64,000 bases of DNA. Origin: Amoebidium appalachense (Eukaryota; Protista; Ichthyosporea). Positions 17,668 through 39,517 of this stretch are shown here, in pieces; within the stretch, counting starts at the first letter, position 1; every line of letters begins with the position of its first letter. Under the pieces are notes generated by a model that saw only the letters and a program-made list of their open reading frames with translations, searched no databases and was not told where the DNA came from. The position numbers were made by a program, and so were the translations under genes. Location: positions 8,386,907-8,450,906 of the forward strand of contig CAVNZM010000001.1 in the NCBI GenBank assembly GCA_963693365.1, read 5' to 3'.

Positions 17668-18615
17668 TGGGCAGAGAGGGGGAGGGGGGGGGGGGGGGGG
17701 GGGGAGTGGTTGATTTGTGGTGATGACCCCTAACATGGTGGGGGGGATGTTTGCAGCGCGCAGCACGGACAAGCGGATTGTGTGTGAGGAGGAATTCAGT
17801 GACAGCGAGGATGAAGGGCAGGGGGGAAGAAGGAACGAACACAGCCACCAGAGAGATGGGGCACACAGGGCTGGGGAGTTGGGTGCGGCAGGTGACCAGC
17901 CACATAGGAGGTGGGTGGGTGGGTGGGTGAGTGGGTGGGTGTAAGTGGGGGCGCGTAGGGGTATGTGTGTGGACGTGTGGGGCATGGGGTGTGGTTCACG
18001 GGGTAAAAGAGGGGGGGGGGAGCTATGGGTTGGTTTGGAGGGGGAGGGAAGGGGGGGGGGGGGGGGGGTATAAGCGGGGGCACGGGGTAAGGCTGGGGGG
18101 AGGGGAGGGAGGAGGCTATGGGTTGGTTTGGTCCGGGGGGGGGGGGGGGGGGGGGGGGGGGAGGGGGTTACATGCGGTGTTTCATTGGGGAGTCTTACTG
18201 TGGCTTGGGTTGCTTTCCAAGCAGTGATGGGGGGAAAGCTTGTAAACACAGGCTATGGCCTGAGATTTCTTATGAGACTTCCCTCTTTTTTTTCCCAATG
18301 TTTACACGGTCCATATTTTGGAGAAACGGATGGGAGCATTGCCCCTCGTGTGTATGTGTGGCTTACAGCATTTCCCAGGCATATGATTGGCTCTACTTGA
18401 AATGTCTGGGCCAATCAATCGGGTTGCTGACTGAAAAGGGCTTTTTTTGTGTTTGCAGGCGGCGTGCAGATGAGGAAGAGGAGATAGATGTGGAGGCAGA
18501 CAGCCAGGCACCCTCCCAGGCACCAGACCAGGTGCAGCAGATGGTGTTGAGCCCCCGCCAGGAAATTGCCCCTATGCCATTGGACGACAACAATGTGCCC
18601 CAGCCCCAGCCGTAG
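10635..18615 (+). CDS. HDAC1: Class I histone deacetylase (HDAC1/2, Rpd3)
   Basis: 13 exons: 10635-10668, 10973-11085, 11704-11821, 12011-12085, 12709-12847, 13494-13635, 14050-14142, 14725-14833, 15450-15590, 16286-16453, 16986-17054, 17757-17910, 18459-18615. Motifs [85 protein letters not shown] and an animal-like [14 protein letters not shown] tail. Confidence 0.97.
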
Positions 18616-18684
18616 AATTTCATCATTAAAGTGTTGAACCCCGCCGCTAAATTTACCTAAGCGTGTGTGTGTAATTTTGAAATT

Positions 18685-18725
18685 TTAAAAGGTGCAATGT
18701 GTGTGTGGACACCAGGAGAGCAATG
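18685..18725 (-). CDS. NUBP1: Candidate terminal coding exon of NUBP1 (ALLSWCPHTHCTF*)
   Basis: Acceptor tttttgctag, phase-1 compatible with the donor at 33727. Gives SVVEALLSWC, which fits the recalled NUBP1 C-terminal helix pattern (human SIIQRIQEFC). Confidence 0.45.
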
Positions 18726-18735
18726 CTAGCAAAAA

Positions 18736-18848
18736 CACGTGCACACATAGTATTACACAGTTGAGTTGCACGTGCACACATAGTATTACACAGTTGAGTG
18801 GCACGTGCACACATAGTTTTACACAGTTGAGTGGCACGTGCACACATA
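18736..18848. repeat. 33-bp minisatellite, ~3.4 copies (cacgtgcacacatagtattacacagttgagtKg)
   Basis: Units start at 18736, 18769 and 18802, with a partial unit at 18835. Confidence 0.92.
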
Positions 18849-19114
18849 CCGCACATAACTCAATACATATCACGGTGATTATGAGACATACAGTGGCGGC
18901 TGGGCCGTCTGCCTGCACCCATATGCACGTGCAAGAATAAAGGGCTGCATGTGTGCACACACACACACACACACGTGCACGGATGAGGCAAGCCAGACGT
19001 AGGTCTATGCTATTAGGTGTGACGTCACCTCACACTGCAGTCGAGATTGAATGGGGCCACATTAGTGAATGTCCCCCCCCCCCCAGCCCCTCCCTCCCAT
19101 ACACCAATACCATT

Positions 19115-19146
<32 letters not shown>

Positions 19147-19316
19147 CCTCCCCCTTCCCCCGTGATATGACTCATGGTATACATACCACATTGTGCCTTT
19201 AACGATTGCTTATGCACAGAACAGGGTATGCAAAGTCACTACCCCACTGCACACAGTGCAGGACTGTTACGGCCTGAATCACCACTTACTACCACGGGTA
19301 CAATTTGCATGCATTT

Positions 19317-19360
<44 letters not shown>

Positions 19361-19366
19361 GGGGGT

Positions 19367-19419
<53 letters not shown>

Positions 19420-19493
19420 ACGTAATACTGTGTGACCAGGCGCACTAATATAAATGTGTGTAGAAATAGGGGAATTCTTGTTAAATATCTTGA

Positions 19494-19532
<39 letters not shown>

Positions 19533-20282
19533 AAATGAAATCAAAAGAAGTCGTTGGGTGCTGAGAGCACCTTAACCACAGCTCCCCTCCACCCACTACC
19601 ACCACACAAACTCACACCTCATCTTGGCCGCTTCTCCCCTCCCTCCCGGCCTGCCGCAATACCACTCTCCCACTCTGCTGTCTATCTACCCCTCACCACC
19701 ATCTGGGTATGTTTGTGCATGTGCGCCTGCGTACATATGCACACGTGTGTGTGTGTGTGTGCGTGTGTGCGTGTGCGTGCGTGTGCGTGTGCGTGTGAGT
19801 GTGCGTATGCGTGTATGTGTGAGTGTGCGGTGGGTGTGCGTGTGCGTGTGCGTCGTGTTTTGATGGTTTTTTTTTCTCTATCTTTTTTTTTTTTTTATTG
19901 GCGGCGGCGGCGGCGGGGCGCGGGGGAGGGGGGGGGGGGGGGGGTTGAGTGTGTGTGTGTGGAGGGGGGGGGGGGGGGGGGGGGGTTTCAGCCCCAAAAG
20001 TCAGTAACTGTTATGCCTGGGCGCCTGCATTCACACGTCACCGCTTGCACGTAAGCACAACAACAGATGGCAAATAAGATACCACTTGTATGTGCACGTG
20101 TGTGGAGTATTGGAGTAAAACGTACTGGGGATATGAAGGAAGCCATGGGCAGGGAAGGTTTTTAAATATAAATTGCAGATTTTTGGCTTCTTTTGGTGAG
20201 GGGGGCATGGGAGGGGAGGGGGGGGAGGGGATCAAATTCCTGTAACTTAAATCCCGAGCTTTTGAGAGGGATAGGGGCCGGG

Positions 20283-20320
<38 letters not shown>

Positions 20321-20870
20321 GGGGGGAGGGCAGGATGATCCTTCGGGTTAACGATTAGGGGAGATGAAATGGAGTGTGTAGGAAGGTCTAGTGGTTGTGT
20401 TGTGTGTGGTGGTGGTTGCGGGGGGGGGGGGGGGGGGGGGGGGGAGGGGGGGGAAGGCGGGGGGGGGGGGGGGGGGGGGGAGGGGGAGGGGGGGAGGGGG
20501 GGGGAGGTGGAGCCAAAAAGGTCGACCCTAGTTCGAAGTGGTAGATAAGTGTAGGCTAAGGTATTGCCCATGTCAAACAGAGTCTCTGTGCATTCAGTCA
20601 GGTTTTAGTCCCTAGGTATAGCCTCGGAGACGGGCCTCGATCAGGGAGTCAGTGATTATCACGATTTGTCGCACAATCAAAGCCACAACCTCGTGCATTC
20701 ACCACTAGCTGATTTTATTCCCGTGCCACTATGGTGGTTGCAGCTTGACACTTTTGATGGGTAGTAGCCGTGGAGGCTACCAGTAAGCAATCCCGAAGGG
20801 TCCAATGGCCGCCTAAAGAACTTGCCTAAAATATCCATCACTGTCTGCACCCCACCCCCTCCCCCCCCCC

Positions 20871-20901
<31 letters not shown>

Positions 20902-23900
20902 CCCCCCCCCCCCCCCCCCCCCCCCCTCGTGCTCCCTCCACCCACCACCTCACACCGGAATTTGGTTTGCGTAAACCATGTACCTTCATGCCCCCACCCC
21001 ATCCCTCCTGAGCCAATATTTGCAATTCGGAACCCGTGTGTGTGTCTACGCCGGGTAGAAAATATCAATAAGGAAAATAGGGCATGGGGGGGGGGGGGGG
21101 GGGGGGGGGAGGGGAGGGAGGGGGAGGGGGGGGGAGGGGGGGAGTGTGGGAGGTAGGAAGGGGAGTCACCATGACAGCAAGGACAATAGCAACTGGAAAA
21201 AACCAACAAACAATAAACGCGAGTCTTGCTATACTACATAGTCATGCCTTTTATCTCTATTGTTTTATTATTCAAAATCATCATAGTATTATTGTTATTA
21301 GAGTTGTTCTGTTTTTATTTAAGGGATTCATGTTCCCTTTGCCCAGACCGTAATGTCCCTTTGGTTCAGTACCAATACCACACCCTCTCTGACACCCCAC
21401 AAAAATATTAGCCAGCCTAATCACTACTATGTAGCAAGTTAAAATGAGCCCGGAGGTTTTGCCGTCCACGAGTACTTTTTAGCTTTGATAATCCTGTGTG
21501 CGTTTCAATCTTATCGAAGCTACTGGAGGTATTGTGCTTGCTGTAGTTCAAAATCCCTCCAGCTGCAACCCCCCCCCCCCCCCCTGGCACTCCCCCCCCC
21601 CCCCCCCCCCCCCCCTCCCCCCCCCCCCCCCCCCCCCTGGAACTCTCCTTCCCCTTTTTCTGCTGGTCCACCGGGTGGGTGGCTGTGGAGTCGATGTGTG
21701 TGTGTGCCCTTTCTTTTTTTTTTTTTTTTTTTTTTTTGTGGGGGGGGGGAGGGGGGGGGGGGGGGGGGGGTTCAATGCCATTGCACGTCAGGACAACAAC
21801 AGGCCACGTGTACACATGTATGGAGTATTGGAGTAAAACGTACTGGAGACATGAAGACAGCCTTGGGAAGGGAAGGTTCTTAAACATATCAATTGCAGAT
21901 TTTAGGCTTCTTTTGGTGGGCGGAGGGGGAATTAAAGCCCTATTACTTAAGGCCTTTCGAGGGGACAGAGGGGGAAAGGGGGGGTGGGAGGGGGGAAGAA
22001 GGAGGGGAGGGGGGGGGAGGGGGGGGGGAGGGGGGGGGGGGGGAGAAGGGGGAGGGGGGGGGGAAGGAGGGGGGGGGGGGGGGAGAGGGGAGCAGGATGA
22101 TCCTTTGGGTTAACGATAGGGGAGATGAAATGGAGTCTATAGGGAATTCTGGTGATCTTCTTACGTGTGTGTGTGGTGGTGGTTGCAGTGGGCTGGGTGG
22201 GGTGAGGAGGGTGGGGGGGAGGGGGGGGGGGGGGGGGGAGGGGGGGGGGGGGAGGGGGTAAAAAGGTCGAACCTAGTTCGAGGTGGTGGATGGGTGCAGG
22301 CTAAGGTATTTGCCCGTATCAAACAGATCAGTCTATGTACATTCAGTTAGTTTTTTAGTCCCTAGAGACAGGCCTCGATCAGGGTCACAGTGATTAGCAC
22401 AATTTGTCCCACAATCACAGCCACATCTTTGCGCATTCACCACCAGCTGATTTCACTCCTGTCCAGTTGGATGACCACCCAGACAAATGCATGCCACTAT
22501 GGTTGTTGCATGATGAAAGCAGTCTCGACTGTGATGACCGTTCAGGCTGCCTAAGGCACCTTGAATGCTCAAAAGTCCCCCATAAAACTTGCTGAAGCAT
22601 CCATCATTGCCTATCCCTCCTCCCCTCTCCCCCCTTCCCCTTCCCCCCGCCAACAAAACCACCACCACCACCACCCATACCCTCCCCCGTTACCTCTCCC
22701 CTCCCCAGTAAGCACAATCATTGCAGTCCTTTATCTCCCTCCCAACAATCCACCACCACACACCCGGGATTTGTATACGTCACAACCATCATGCCCCCCT
22801 CCCTCCCTCTTCAACCTCACCCCCCCCCCCCCCCCCCCTAACCATTCCTCCATTTTTTGCTACCATTCTTTTCCCTCACCCTCTATCTCCCTCGCTCAGA
22901 TATACCCTGGGGTAAAAAACACGGATAGGAACAAGGGAAGAAGGAGGGGATGGTGGTGGCGGTGGTGGTGGTGGTGGTGGTTGTGGGTGGGGGGGGGGGG
23001 GGGGGGGGGGTGGCTGCATTCCGACATCGACAACTTGGTTGTCGAAAGATCTTAGAAAGCAAGAAATATAAAGAGCGAATATATTGCCATTGATCACGCC
23101 ATATGATTTTCATCCTTGTATAATGTTTTTGGATAATGTGCCAATACAGTATTAGCCGTCTTCATCCGACAAGTTCGTGTTGATTTTGCACTCCCTGTCG
23201 GCAGAAACCCCTCCCCCCCCCTCCCCCCTCCCCCCCCCCCCCCCTCCCCCTGAAGTGTTACCCATCTTATTGAAACATAGGCATATGTACGTACAACCAC
23301 TAAGCCAAGGGCCTATCCATGTAAAACCCTACAGCTTTCTCAAGGTGCATTTGTAAACCGTGCATATGCTCAATCTCCTAGTACCCCCGGGCTCTCCGGC
23401 CCTTCCCAGAGGGCGGGTGTATGTGTATGTGTGTGTGCGTGTTGAGGGGCGGGAGCGGGAGGGAGGGGGGCAGGGAAGGGGGGCCAGGGGGGCGCATTAA
23501 GTTACTGTAGGCATGTATCTGTATCAAATGCGCATGCAGCCTTGTTCTGATCTCAACCGTTAGTCCCCATATGCGGTCATAGCAAAGGCCCGTAGAGATC
23601 GGCACATTCTGTCCCACAATCACAGCCACATCTTTATGCATTCACCACCAGCTGATTTCACTCCCGTCAGTTGGGTGACCCCCACACAACTGCATGCCAC
23701 TATGGTGGTTGCAGTAGAAGATGGCTCAATCGAGCTTGTGGTTGTTGGTAGCCGTGGAGGCTGCCAGTAAGTAATCCCGAAGGGTCCAATGGCCGCCCAT
23801 AAAACTTACCTAAAATATCCATCACTGTCTGCACCCCTCCCCCTCCCCTCCCCTCCCCCCCTCCCCCCCCCCCCCCTCCCCCTCGTGCTCCCTCCACCCA

Positions 23901-23943
23901 CCACCTCACACCGGAATGTCTTTACGTTAAACACGTACCTTCA

Positions 23944-23988
<45 letters not shown>

Positions 23989-24889
23989 TGAGCCATTATT
24001 TGCAATTCGGAACCCGTGCGCGTGATTGTGTCTCCGGGGTAGAAAATACCGATAGGGAAAGTAGGGCATGGAGGAGGGGGAGGAGGGGGGCGGGCGGAGG
24101 GGGGGGGGTGTTGGTGATTTTTTTCCTTTATGTTGGTGATTTTTTTCTTTGGGGGAAGGAGGGGGTGTGCGGGAGGGGGGGGGGGGGGAGGGGGAGAAGG
24201 GGGGTTCCCATTCGAAAAGTAAAGTTACCGTCTTCTGCTCTCTGGGGTTGGGGGGGGGGGGGGGGGGGGGGAGGGGGAGGGGGAGAGGGTAGAGGGGGGG
24301 GGATTTTGAGGTTAACAATAACCATTACACATGCATATGCGCTCAAACAGACATTTCCCAACAGCCTTGACCAAGACAAAAGGCACATTTATTCTAGCGC
24401 AGATAATGAAATGGGTTATCCCCGATCCTCCTTGCCCCTTCCCCACCTCTCTCTTCGCCCCTTCCCCCCCCCCTCCCCCCCCCCCCCCCTCCCCCCACCC
24501 CTGCCCACCCACCCACCCGCCCACCACTCAAGATCCCCCTCACCCCACCTCTTGCATCAGTCGGTCTGCATTACTCAAATCCCATCCCCACCCACCTGCT
24601 CGAACAAGATTGATTCATTGATTTAAATTACACACTTCCACCAGTCACATTAGCAGCCACCCATACATCCACAAACACGCCCATGTGAGACCGTATGAGA
24701 AATACATGAACGCGTTGCACTTGTGCACAAGCTGTGTGTCTGCGGGTGGGCTGGAGAGGGAGGGAGAAGGGGGAGAGGGGAGGGCGGGAGGGCGAGGGGA
24801 AGGAGATGGAGGGTGGGAGGGGGGGAAGGGGGGCGGGGGGAGGGGGGGGAGGGGGGAGGATGAAGGGGGGGGGGGGGGGGGGAAGGGGA

Positions 24890-28660
<3,771 letters not shown>

Positions 28661-29695
28661 CTCGTGTACTAACAGGCACATGACCACTGTAACGGGCCAT
28701 GGGGGAAAAGGTGGTTGGCTGGGAGTATAGACCTCCTTTCGCCCACCCCAACACAACAGTGTTCTTCCTTTTCTCTCCCTCACGCTGTTTATTTTTTTTG
28801 TTTTGTTTAAATGCACGGACACTTACAGTAGCACCCATCCATCCACAAACACATCCACTGACCTAGGCAGACAACATGAACATCACAACGTTGGCACACG
28901 GAAGAGGGCGGAAGAGGGTGGTGGTGGTGGTGGGGGGGGGGGGGGGGGGGGGGGGGAGGGGGGAGTTAGCTAAAGGCCCCTAGTCCGCCTAATAGCATGC
29001 GCACATATTATCTACCATCCTGCCACGTGCGCAGACGTCCCTAAAAGCAGATCAAGGGTGACGGAGTGAACTTCCCCCCTCCCCCTCCCCCCCCCCCCCC
29101 CCCCCCCCTCCCCCCCCTCCGTACCCCCTTACCATCCCCCCCCCCTCCACGCACACACACACGCACACCCCACCCCCCACACCCGCCCCCTTCTCCCGCC
29201 CCTCCCCACCAACCGCCAGTACACAAGCATTTTTCACCCTTTACGTTTACGCACCTTATCCCCCTTGTCCCCCCCTCCCCCCCCCCTCCCCGTCCTCTCT
29301 CTGTCTGCCCCCCTCCCCCCCCCCCCCCCTCCCCCTCCCCCCCCCCCCTCCCCTCCCCCCCCCCCCCCCCCTGCCCTCCAACGCCTGGGAGCGGCACCCC
29401 TATTATGGTTCTCTAACTCACTCCAAAGTTATCCGGTTTATCAACATCTCAAAGTACATTATATCTGCCCCTCTTGTCCCCTTCTCACCACCTTCACCGC
29501 CCCCCCCCTCGGAGTCCCCCTGCCCACCCACAAGACAGTCTCTTTATTCTCCTTTCCTTTTTACCCTTTTTATGGGCTCCGCAAAGTGGGTGGGTGGTTG
29601 GTATTGGGCAGGAGAGGGGGGAGGCCCTGGGGGAGGGGGATCGGAGGAGGGGAGGAGGAGGGAAGAGGGAGGGGGGGAGGGGGGAGGGGGGGGTT

Positions 29696-33400
<3,705 letters not shown>

Positions 33401-33727
33401 CCCCCCCCCCAAAAAAAAACAAAAACAAAACAAAACAAAAAAAAAAACCGTATTATGCTAAGCTCAGAGTCCAACCCTTGCTACACAATCACCCATGACA
33501 AAACAAAACACCATCCCCACTACCACGCTACACCCACTCCACGCCATAATCCCCAGGAAGTTATCCCCCTTCCCACCTGTCCAGCCGGCGAAAAAAAATC
33601 GAGAAGATGAACGGAATGACTCCCCCCCTCCCCCCCCTTCTCCCGCTTCAAACACAGACACAAACACACACACACACACACACACACACGGATACAGACA
33701 GCACACACACACACACCCCACACTCAC

Positions 33728-33840
33728 CTTCAACTACTGATACAAGTGCTTTTGCCGCCGGGCTGTCCTTGTGTGTTTCCACAAACGACTTTCCCTCATC
33801 GCAGCACCGCGCTGAGAAAAAAAAAAAATTTCAGCATGGA

Positions 33841-33880
<40 letters not shown>

Positions 33881-34061
33881 AACACATACACATACACGTC
33901 CCGGCTTTCTCCCTCCCCAATACCACCCGCACTCACCACACCCACTCACCCACCATCACCCCTACCCACCCACCAACATCTACCCACTCTGCCCGTCTAC
34001 CACCTGGGCTACCACCACCGCCATTTTACCAAAACCCCCCCCCCCCCCCCCCCTCCCCCTC

Positions 34062-34092
<31 letters not shown>

Positions 34093-34188
34093 AACAAAAA
34101 AAACAAAAAAAAAAAAAAAAAAAAAAAAAAACAAAAAAACAAACAAACAAACAAAAACAAACAAAAAAACAAACAAACAAAAACAAAC

Positions 34189-34248
<60 letters not shown>

Positions 34249-34520
34249 CACCAACCCCCCCCCCCCCCCCCCCCCCCCCCACACACACACACGCACCGCC
34301 AAACCCACATCCCCCCCCCCCCCCCCCACCCAAACACACCCACCCACGCACCTATGCGTGGGTCTAGAGGCACTCTGCCCAGGAACGGGCAGTCCAACTC
34401 CTTGCACATGGCCTCAGCCCCTCCCGTAGTCGGGGCAAAGATTTGCGCTTCCGTCTGCAGCAAAAACAAAAAGTCAATACATACCCCAGCCGCTCTCTCC
34501 CCCTCCTCCCCCCCACCCCT

Positions 34521-34552
<32 letters not shown>

Positions 34553-34800
34553 CCTCTCTTTCTCCACCCCCCCCCCCCCCCCCTCTCTCTCTCTCTCTCT
34601 CTACTCTTCTCTTCTAGACCCCCTCCCCCCTCCCCCCCAAAACCAACCTTTCCCATTTTTTCCCTCGTCTCTTTGATACCTTTTCTCTCCCAGCTTGCAT
34701 TTGTCTAATTTGGATGGTTAGGGTGTATGCCCGTGTCTATATGTTTGACTAGGAATTTGGAGGTTTTTTATTGTTTATTTTTTTATTTTCTATTTTTATT

Positions 34801-34837
<37 letters not shown>

Positions 34838-35549
34838 TTATTTATTTATTTATTTTTTGGGGGGGGGGGGGGGGGGGAGGGGGGGGAGAGGAGTCATATT
34901 ATGTACGTACCTGGCAGTTAGGGCAGACAAACCCACTCATATTTTCAACCACACCGATGATGTCCAGCCCCACCTTGCGGCAGAAGCCAATCTCCTTACG
35001 CACATCTATCAGCGCTACCTCCTGCACACAAACGGTGAATTGTCAGGGACAAACATAAAAAAAAATCTAAAAAAAAAAGAAGAGAAAGAGCATGGCCAGG
35101 GAGATACTGTGTGCTGCTGGTGATGTCATTTACCCCCCCCCCCCCCCCCCCCCCCCCCCAATATATACCCATATATATATTTTTATTTATTTTATATATT
35201 ATAAAAAAATAAAAATGAAAAGCAAATGAAATAAAAATTCCAACCCGTCAGTGGGTGTTTTTGTGTGTGTCTGCGTGGAGGTGCTGGTGCATCTGTTTGT
35301 GTGAGTGCATGTGTGTTTGTGTGAGTATGTCTGTGTACACGTGCTTGTGAGCGCGTGTATTCGTACATGTGTTTATGCATGTGCACTTGCGTGTGTGTCC
35401 CCGGACAGCGCGCATACATGTGTTGCTTGTATAATATGAGTGTGTGCTTTGGTGATGGTTATGTAATAGTCGTTAGGTGATGGTGTCAGAGGCGGTGGTG
35501 GTGTGTCTGTTTGCAATGGGGGAAAGCAAGGGAGAACCCACCACCTATA

Positions 35550-35612
<63 letters not shown>

Positions 35613-35823
35613 TATATATATCACTTAGCATTCAAGCAGCACCACACACAATAACCCATACCTGTGGTGTTGTAACTATAAGTGCGCCTGATGGGTTTGC
35701 ATCCTTCAGATATTGGGCCAGTGAAAGGTGCTCATCGCTGGTGCCTGGCGGTGTGTCCACCACGAGATAGTCAAGTGTGCCCCAGTCCACATCCTTCAAG
35801 AACTGCTTGATCATGCCTGCATG

Positions 35824-35879
<56 letters not shown>

Positions 35880-37321
35880 TATGTGGGTTGCGTGTGTGGT
35901 CAGGAAAAAGAAAAACGCATGAACGCAGGCACACATGTAAATGGCACCCCCCCCCCCCCCCCCCCCCCCATACACACACCCTCCCACACCCCACACAAAC
36001 CTGTTTCGTGAAAATATGGACGTGGGAATCACCAAGAAGACAAACGAAAACATGTACGTGTGTGTCCATGCACACCCATGTGCAAATGTGCATTTTTTGT
36101 GTCTGTGCACGCGTGTCCGTGCACGTGTGTGCGTGTGTGTGTGTAAATACCCAAGGGAAGAATAAAAAACCCATTCACCGACCTCACCGATCCCCCCCCC
36201 CCCCCCCCCCGGCCTTGCCTGCCCCCCCCCCCCCCCCCCCCCCCCCCGGGCCTTGCCTGCCCCCCCCCCCTCCTCCCCCCCCCCCCTCCCCTTCCTCTCC
36301 CCCCCCCCCCCACCCCACCCCCCCCCCCCCCCCCCCAAAAAAAAAAAACCAAAACAAAACCAAAACAAGAACACAACAGAAAAACACGTACCATTCTTTT
36401 TAGGCCCCCGCCAAATAACAGCATCCTCAGGGTTTGCCAACAAAAAACCAACGGACATAACTGCAAGGTTGTCCTGCACGTAGACGGGGGACCACCCACT
36501 ACCGCTTTGGTGCACCTGAGAAAGAGAAGGGGTTAGGGCAAAAAAGAGGTGTGAAGATATATTGACAACAACATTTACACACAGGAACAACACACAGGAA
36601 CAACTATACGGCTAGCACGTGCGCAGCAAATTCATAGCGCAATAACATGGACACACACACCTGTCACGATAACATAGGGCCATGGATGTCTTTCAGGATA
36701 TCTCCCGAGACACATGCACGTATAAAACGCTATCACACAAGCATGCACGTCCATCACACACAGATGCACACCCACATATATATGTGCATCCACACGCACA
36801 CATGCCCACGCACGTCCACACATACACAAACACATGCACACCCGCACACATGAATATTGACAAACACAAGACAAGCACCAATGTCTGCACACCCACCCCA
36901 CAACCACCTCTATACTTGCTCTCTCTCTCACACACACACGTCCATCCGCACCCACTCACCTCCCACTCAGACACACTCGAATCCTCGCGTGCACACTACC
37001 CACCCATCCACCCACCCACACGTACACACACCCACCCACCCACCCACCCACCTGTTCGCCCTCCAGGCCCATAACCTTTGGAATTGATGGGCCGCAGATG
37101 TCCACATCCATCACCGCCACCTGGTCACAAAGAAAGAACCGAGATTAGCAACAAGACCCCCATAAGTTGTGCTTCTTCTATCTCCGTACTTTACACCACA
37201 TCCCCCCTTCCAACCCCCCCCCCCCCCCCCCTCCCCCCGGCAAAAAAAAATAAAAAGAAGCCCTCCCCCAAAACAAAACAAAGAGGGAAAAAAAAAAAGA
37301 AAAAGGAAAGAAAAGAAAAGC

Positions 37322-37353
<32 letters not shown>

Positions 37354-37412
37354 TTCCTCAAAAAAAAAAAAAAAAAAAAAAAAAAAGGAAGAAGAAGAAG
37401 AAAGGGGAAAAA

Positions 37413-37456
<44 letters not shown>

Positions 37457-37982
37457 AAAAAAAAAAAAACACCCACACACACCACCATCACCCCACCCAC
37501 CCACCCACCGACCCTCGACCACCACCACAAAAAACACACACACAAGAAAAGAGATCAAACACAAACAAAACAAAACCAGCACCCCCCGCCCCCCCGCATT
37601 ACTACCCCTACCCTCAACCCCCCCATCATACCTCTCTCTCCTCGTCAGCAGCCAATCCGAATGCCAGCTGTGCCGTGAATGTGCTCTTGCCCACACCCCC
37701 CTTGCCGCTCAGCACAAGCACCTTGTGTTTCACTGCCTCCATCCGTTGCAGCACAAGACCAAGGTCTACCGCCCCCCAAAAAAAAAAAATCAGCTATGCC
37801 CCCCTTCCAACCCCCCTCCCCTTCCCCCCAGTCTAAATGCGACTCCCCCCCCCCCCCCCGTTTCCCATTATAAGTAGAGAACAACAGTTATCCCTTCCTT
37901 CCCTCTATTCTAGTCCCCTTCCTTTCTCTCTGCACAGCCTCCCCCCTCCCCCCTTCAGCTTGGCAAAAAAAAGTCTACATGT

Positions 37983-38026
<44 letters not shown>

Positions 38027-38250
38027 CCCCCCCCCTCCCCCTCCCCCCTCCTGCCCCCAAGAACAACCGTTTCCCCCTTCCTCCTACATACACACACCAG
38101 AAACCAACGTATCGAGTTTGTTGCTCCTCTCAAGCTGCACAATTACCCCCCCCCCCCCCCCCCCCCCCCACACACACACCTCAGACTGCACGGGTATAAA
38201 CTCTTTCCTTTCCTTCCCACTCCCGATACATATACCCATCCTCTCACCTC

Positions 38251-38291
<41 letters not shown>

Positions 38292-38611
38292 CCCTTCTCC
38301 TCCGAAAAAAATAAAAACAGACTGGCCCTGTTTAACTTACACACATACAGTTTCCCACGAAACAAACATACAAACACCATGTCAACGCAATCACTTAACA
38401 CATCTAGGCATCTTTACCCCCACTCCTCGTCCCACCGCGGCACAACATCACAGCTATCCCCACCTCCGACTCCAACCTGCCCTTGCACACACGCACACAC
38501 GCACACAAGCACACACACGCACACACGCACACACGCACACACACACACACACACCTTTCCCCCTTCTTACGTTTCCAATCAGGCAGGCAGCAAGAAGCAC
38601 ACACCTCCCTT

Positions 38612-38657
<46 letters not shown>

Positions 38658-39517
38658 CTTCTCCCCCACCCTCCAGCCAAAACCACCACCATAAAACCCA
38701 CACCAACAAACCATCCCCCCCCTCCCTCCCAAACCCGGCCCGGATCCACCCTCTCTACAAATGCACTATACATCACCCCCTCCCCCTCCATCATCCCCTT
38801 CTTCCAAACAACAATCTTCCCCCGGTCCCCTACCCGGATCCGGCCCAGCCGGCTTTGCAGCAGCACATATGTTCTGGTTGGGGCAGCCAGCACACGCTGC
38901 AGCCTTGCCAGCCTGCTCACTGTCGGTACCCGGGCAGTCTGCAACCACCAGTCAGCTCTGGAAACCTCCTACATCCCCCCCCCCATCCCCCCCCCCTCCT
39001 CCCCCTCCCCCCCCCCCCCCCCCCCCCTCTCCCCCCTCCCCTCCCCCTCCCCCCCCCCCCCCCCCTCTCCCCCCGCCTCCCCCCCAACCACACACACACG
39101 CACACCAACGCATGCTTGCACAACCACATACATGTCCCCCCATGTGGGCAATGCGTTATAGTATACAAGCCATCGTGTTGCTTGTGGCTTGTTAGCTGCA
39201 TGATAGCAGGATCTAGGGCGTGCTGCACAAAAAGAGCAAACTTGCACGCTGCTTGTGCAATTCATCCTGTATGTATCTTTGTCTCTGCCTGTCAGAATGT
39301 GTGCGTGTATGACGTCACGGGTTCAAGTGCACGACTGCTCAAGCCAAGCGCCCGTACGTCTCTCTTTGATGGCGAACTGTACACAGTAAGCTTCCTGTGC
39401 ATGCCTTGCACGTGATATGTGCGTGCACAACTCCCTTTGTGTGCGTGTGCACGCGCGTGCACGGGGGCACCTACGCTCAGGTGCCTCTGCCGGGACGTCA
39501 CCATTTGCACTTGCCAT
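33728..39517 (-). CDS. NUBP1: Cytosolic Fe-S cluster assembly factor NUBP1/Nbp35, exons 1-9; terminal exon uncertain
   Basis: Exons 39517-39475, 38938-38834, 37765-37632, 37120-37052, 36515-36392, 35816-35662, 35021-34911, 34454-34352, 33811-33728. N-terminal [25 protein letters not shown], P-loop [39 protein letters not shown] and [11 protein letters not shown]. Confidence 0.96.

Noticed and set aside
23378-23720. Repeat core read as coding (TTIVAC...VAVIVG, vaguely like a LINE endonuclease)
   Set aside because: Frameshifts and stops differ among copies and the GDFN motif is absent.
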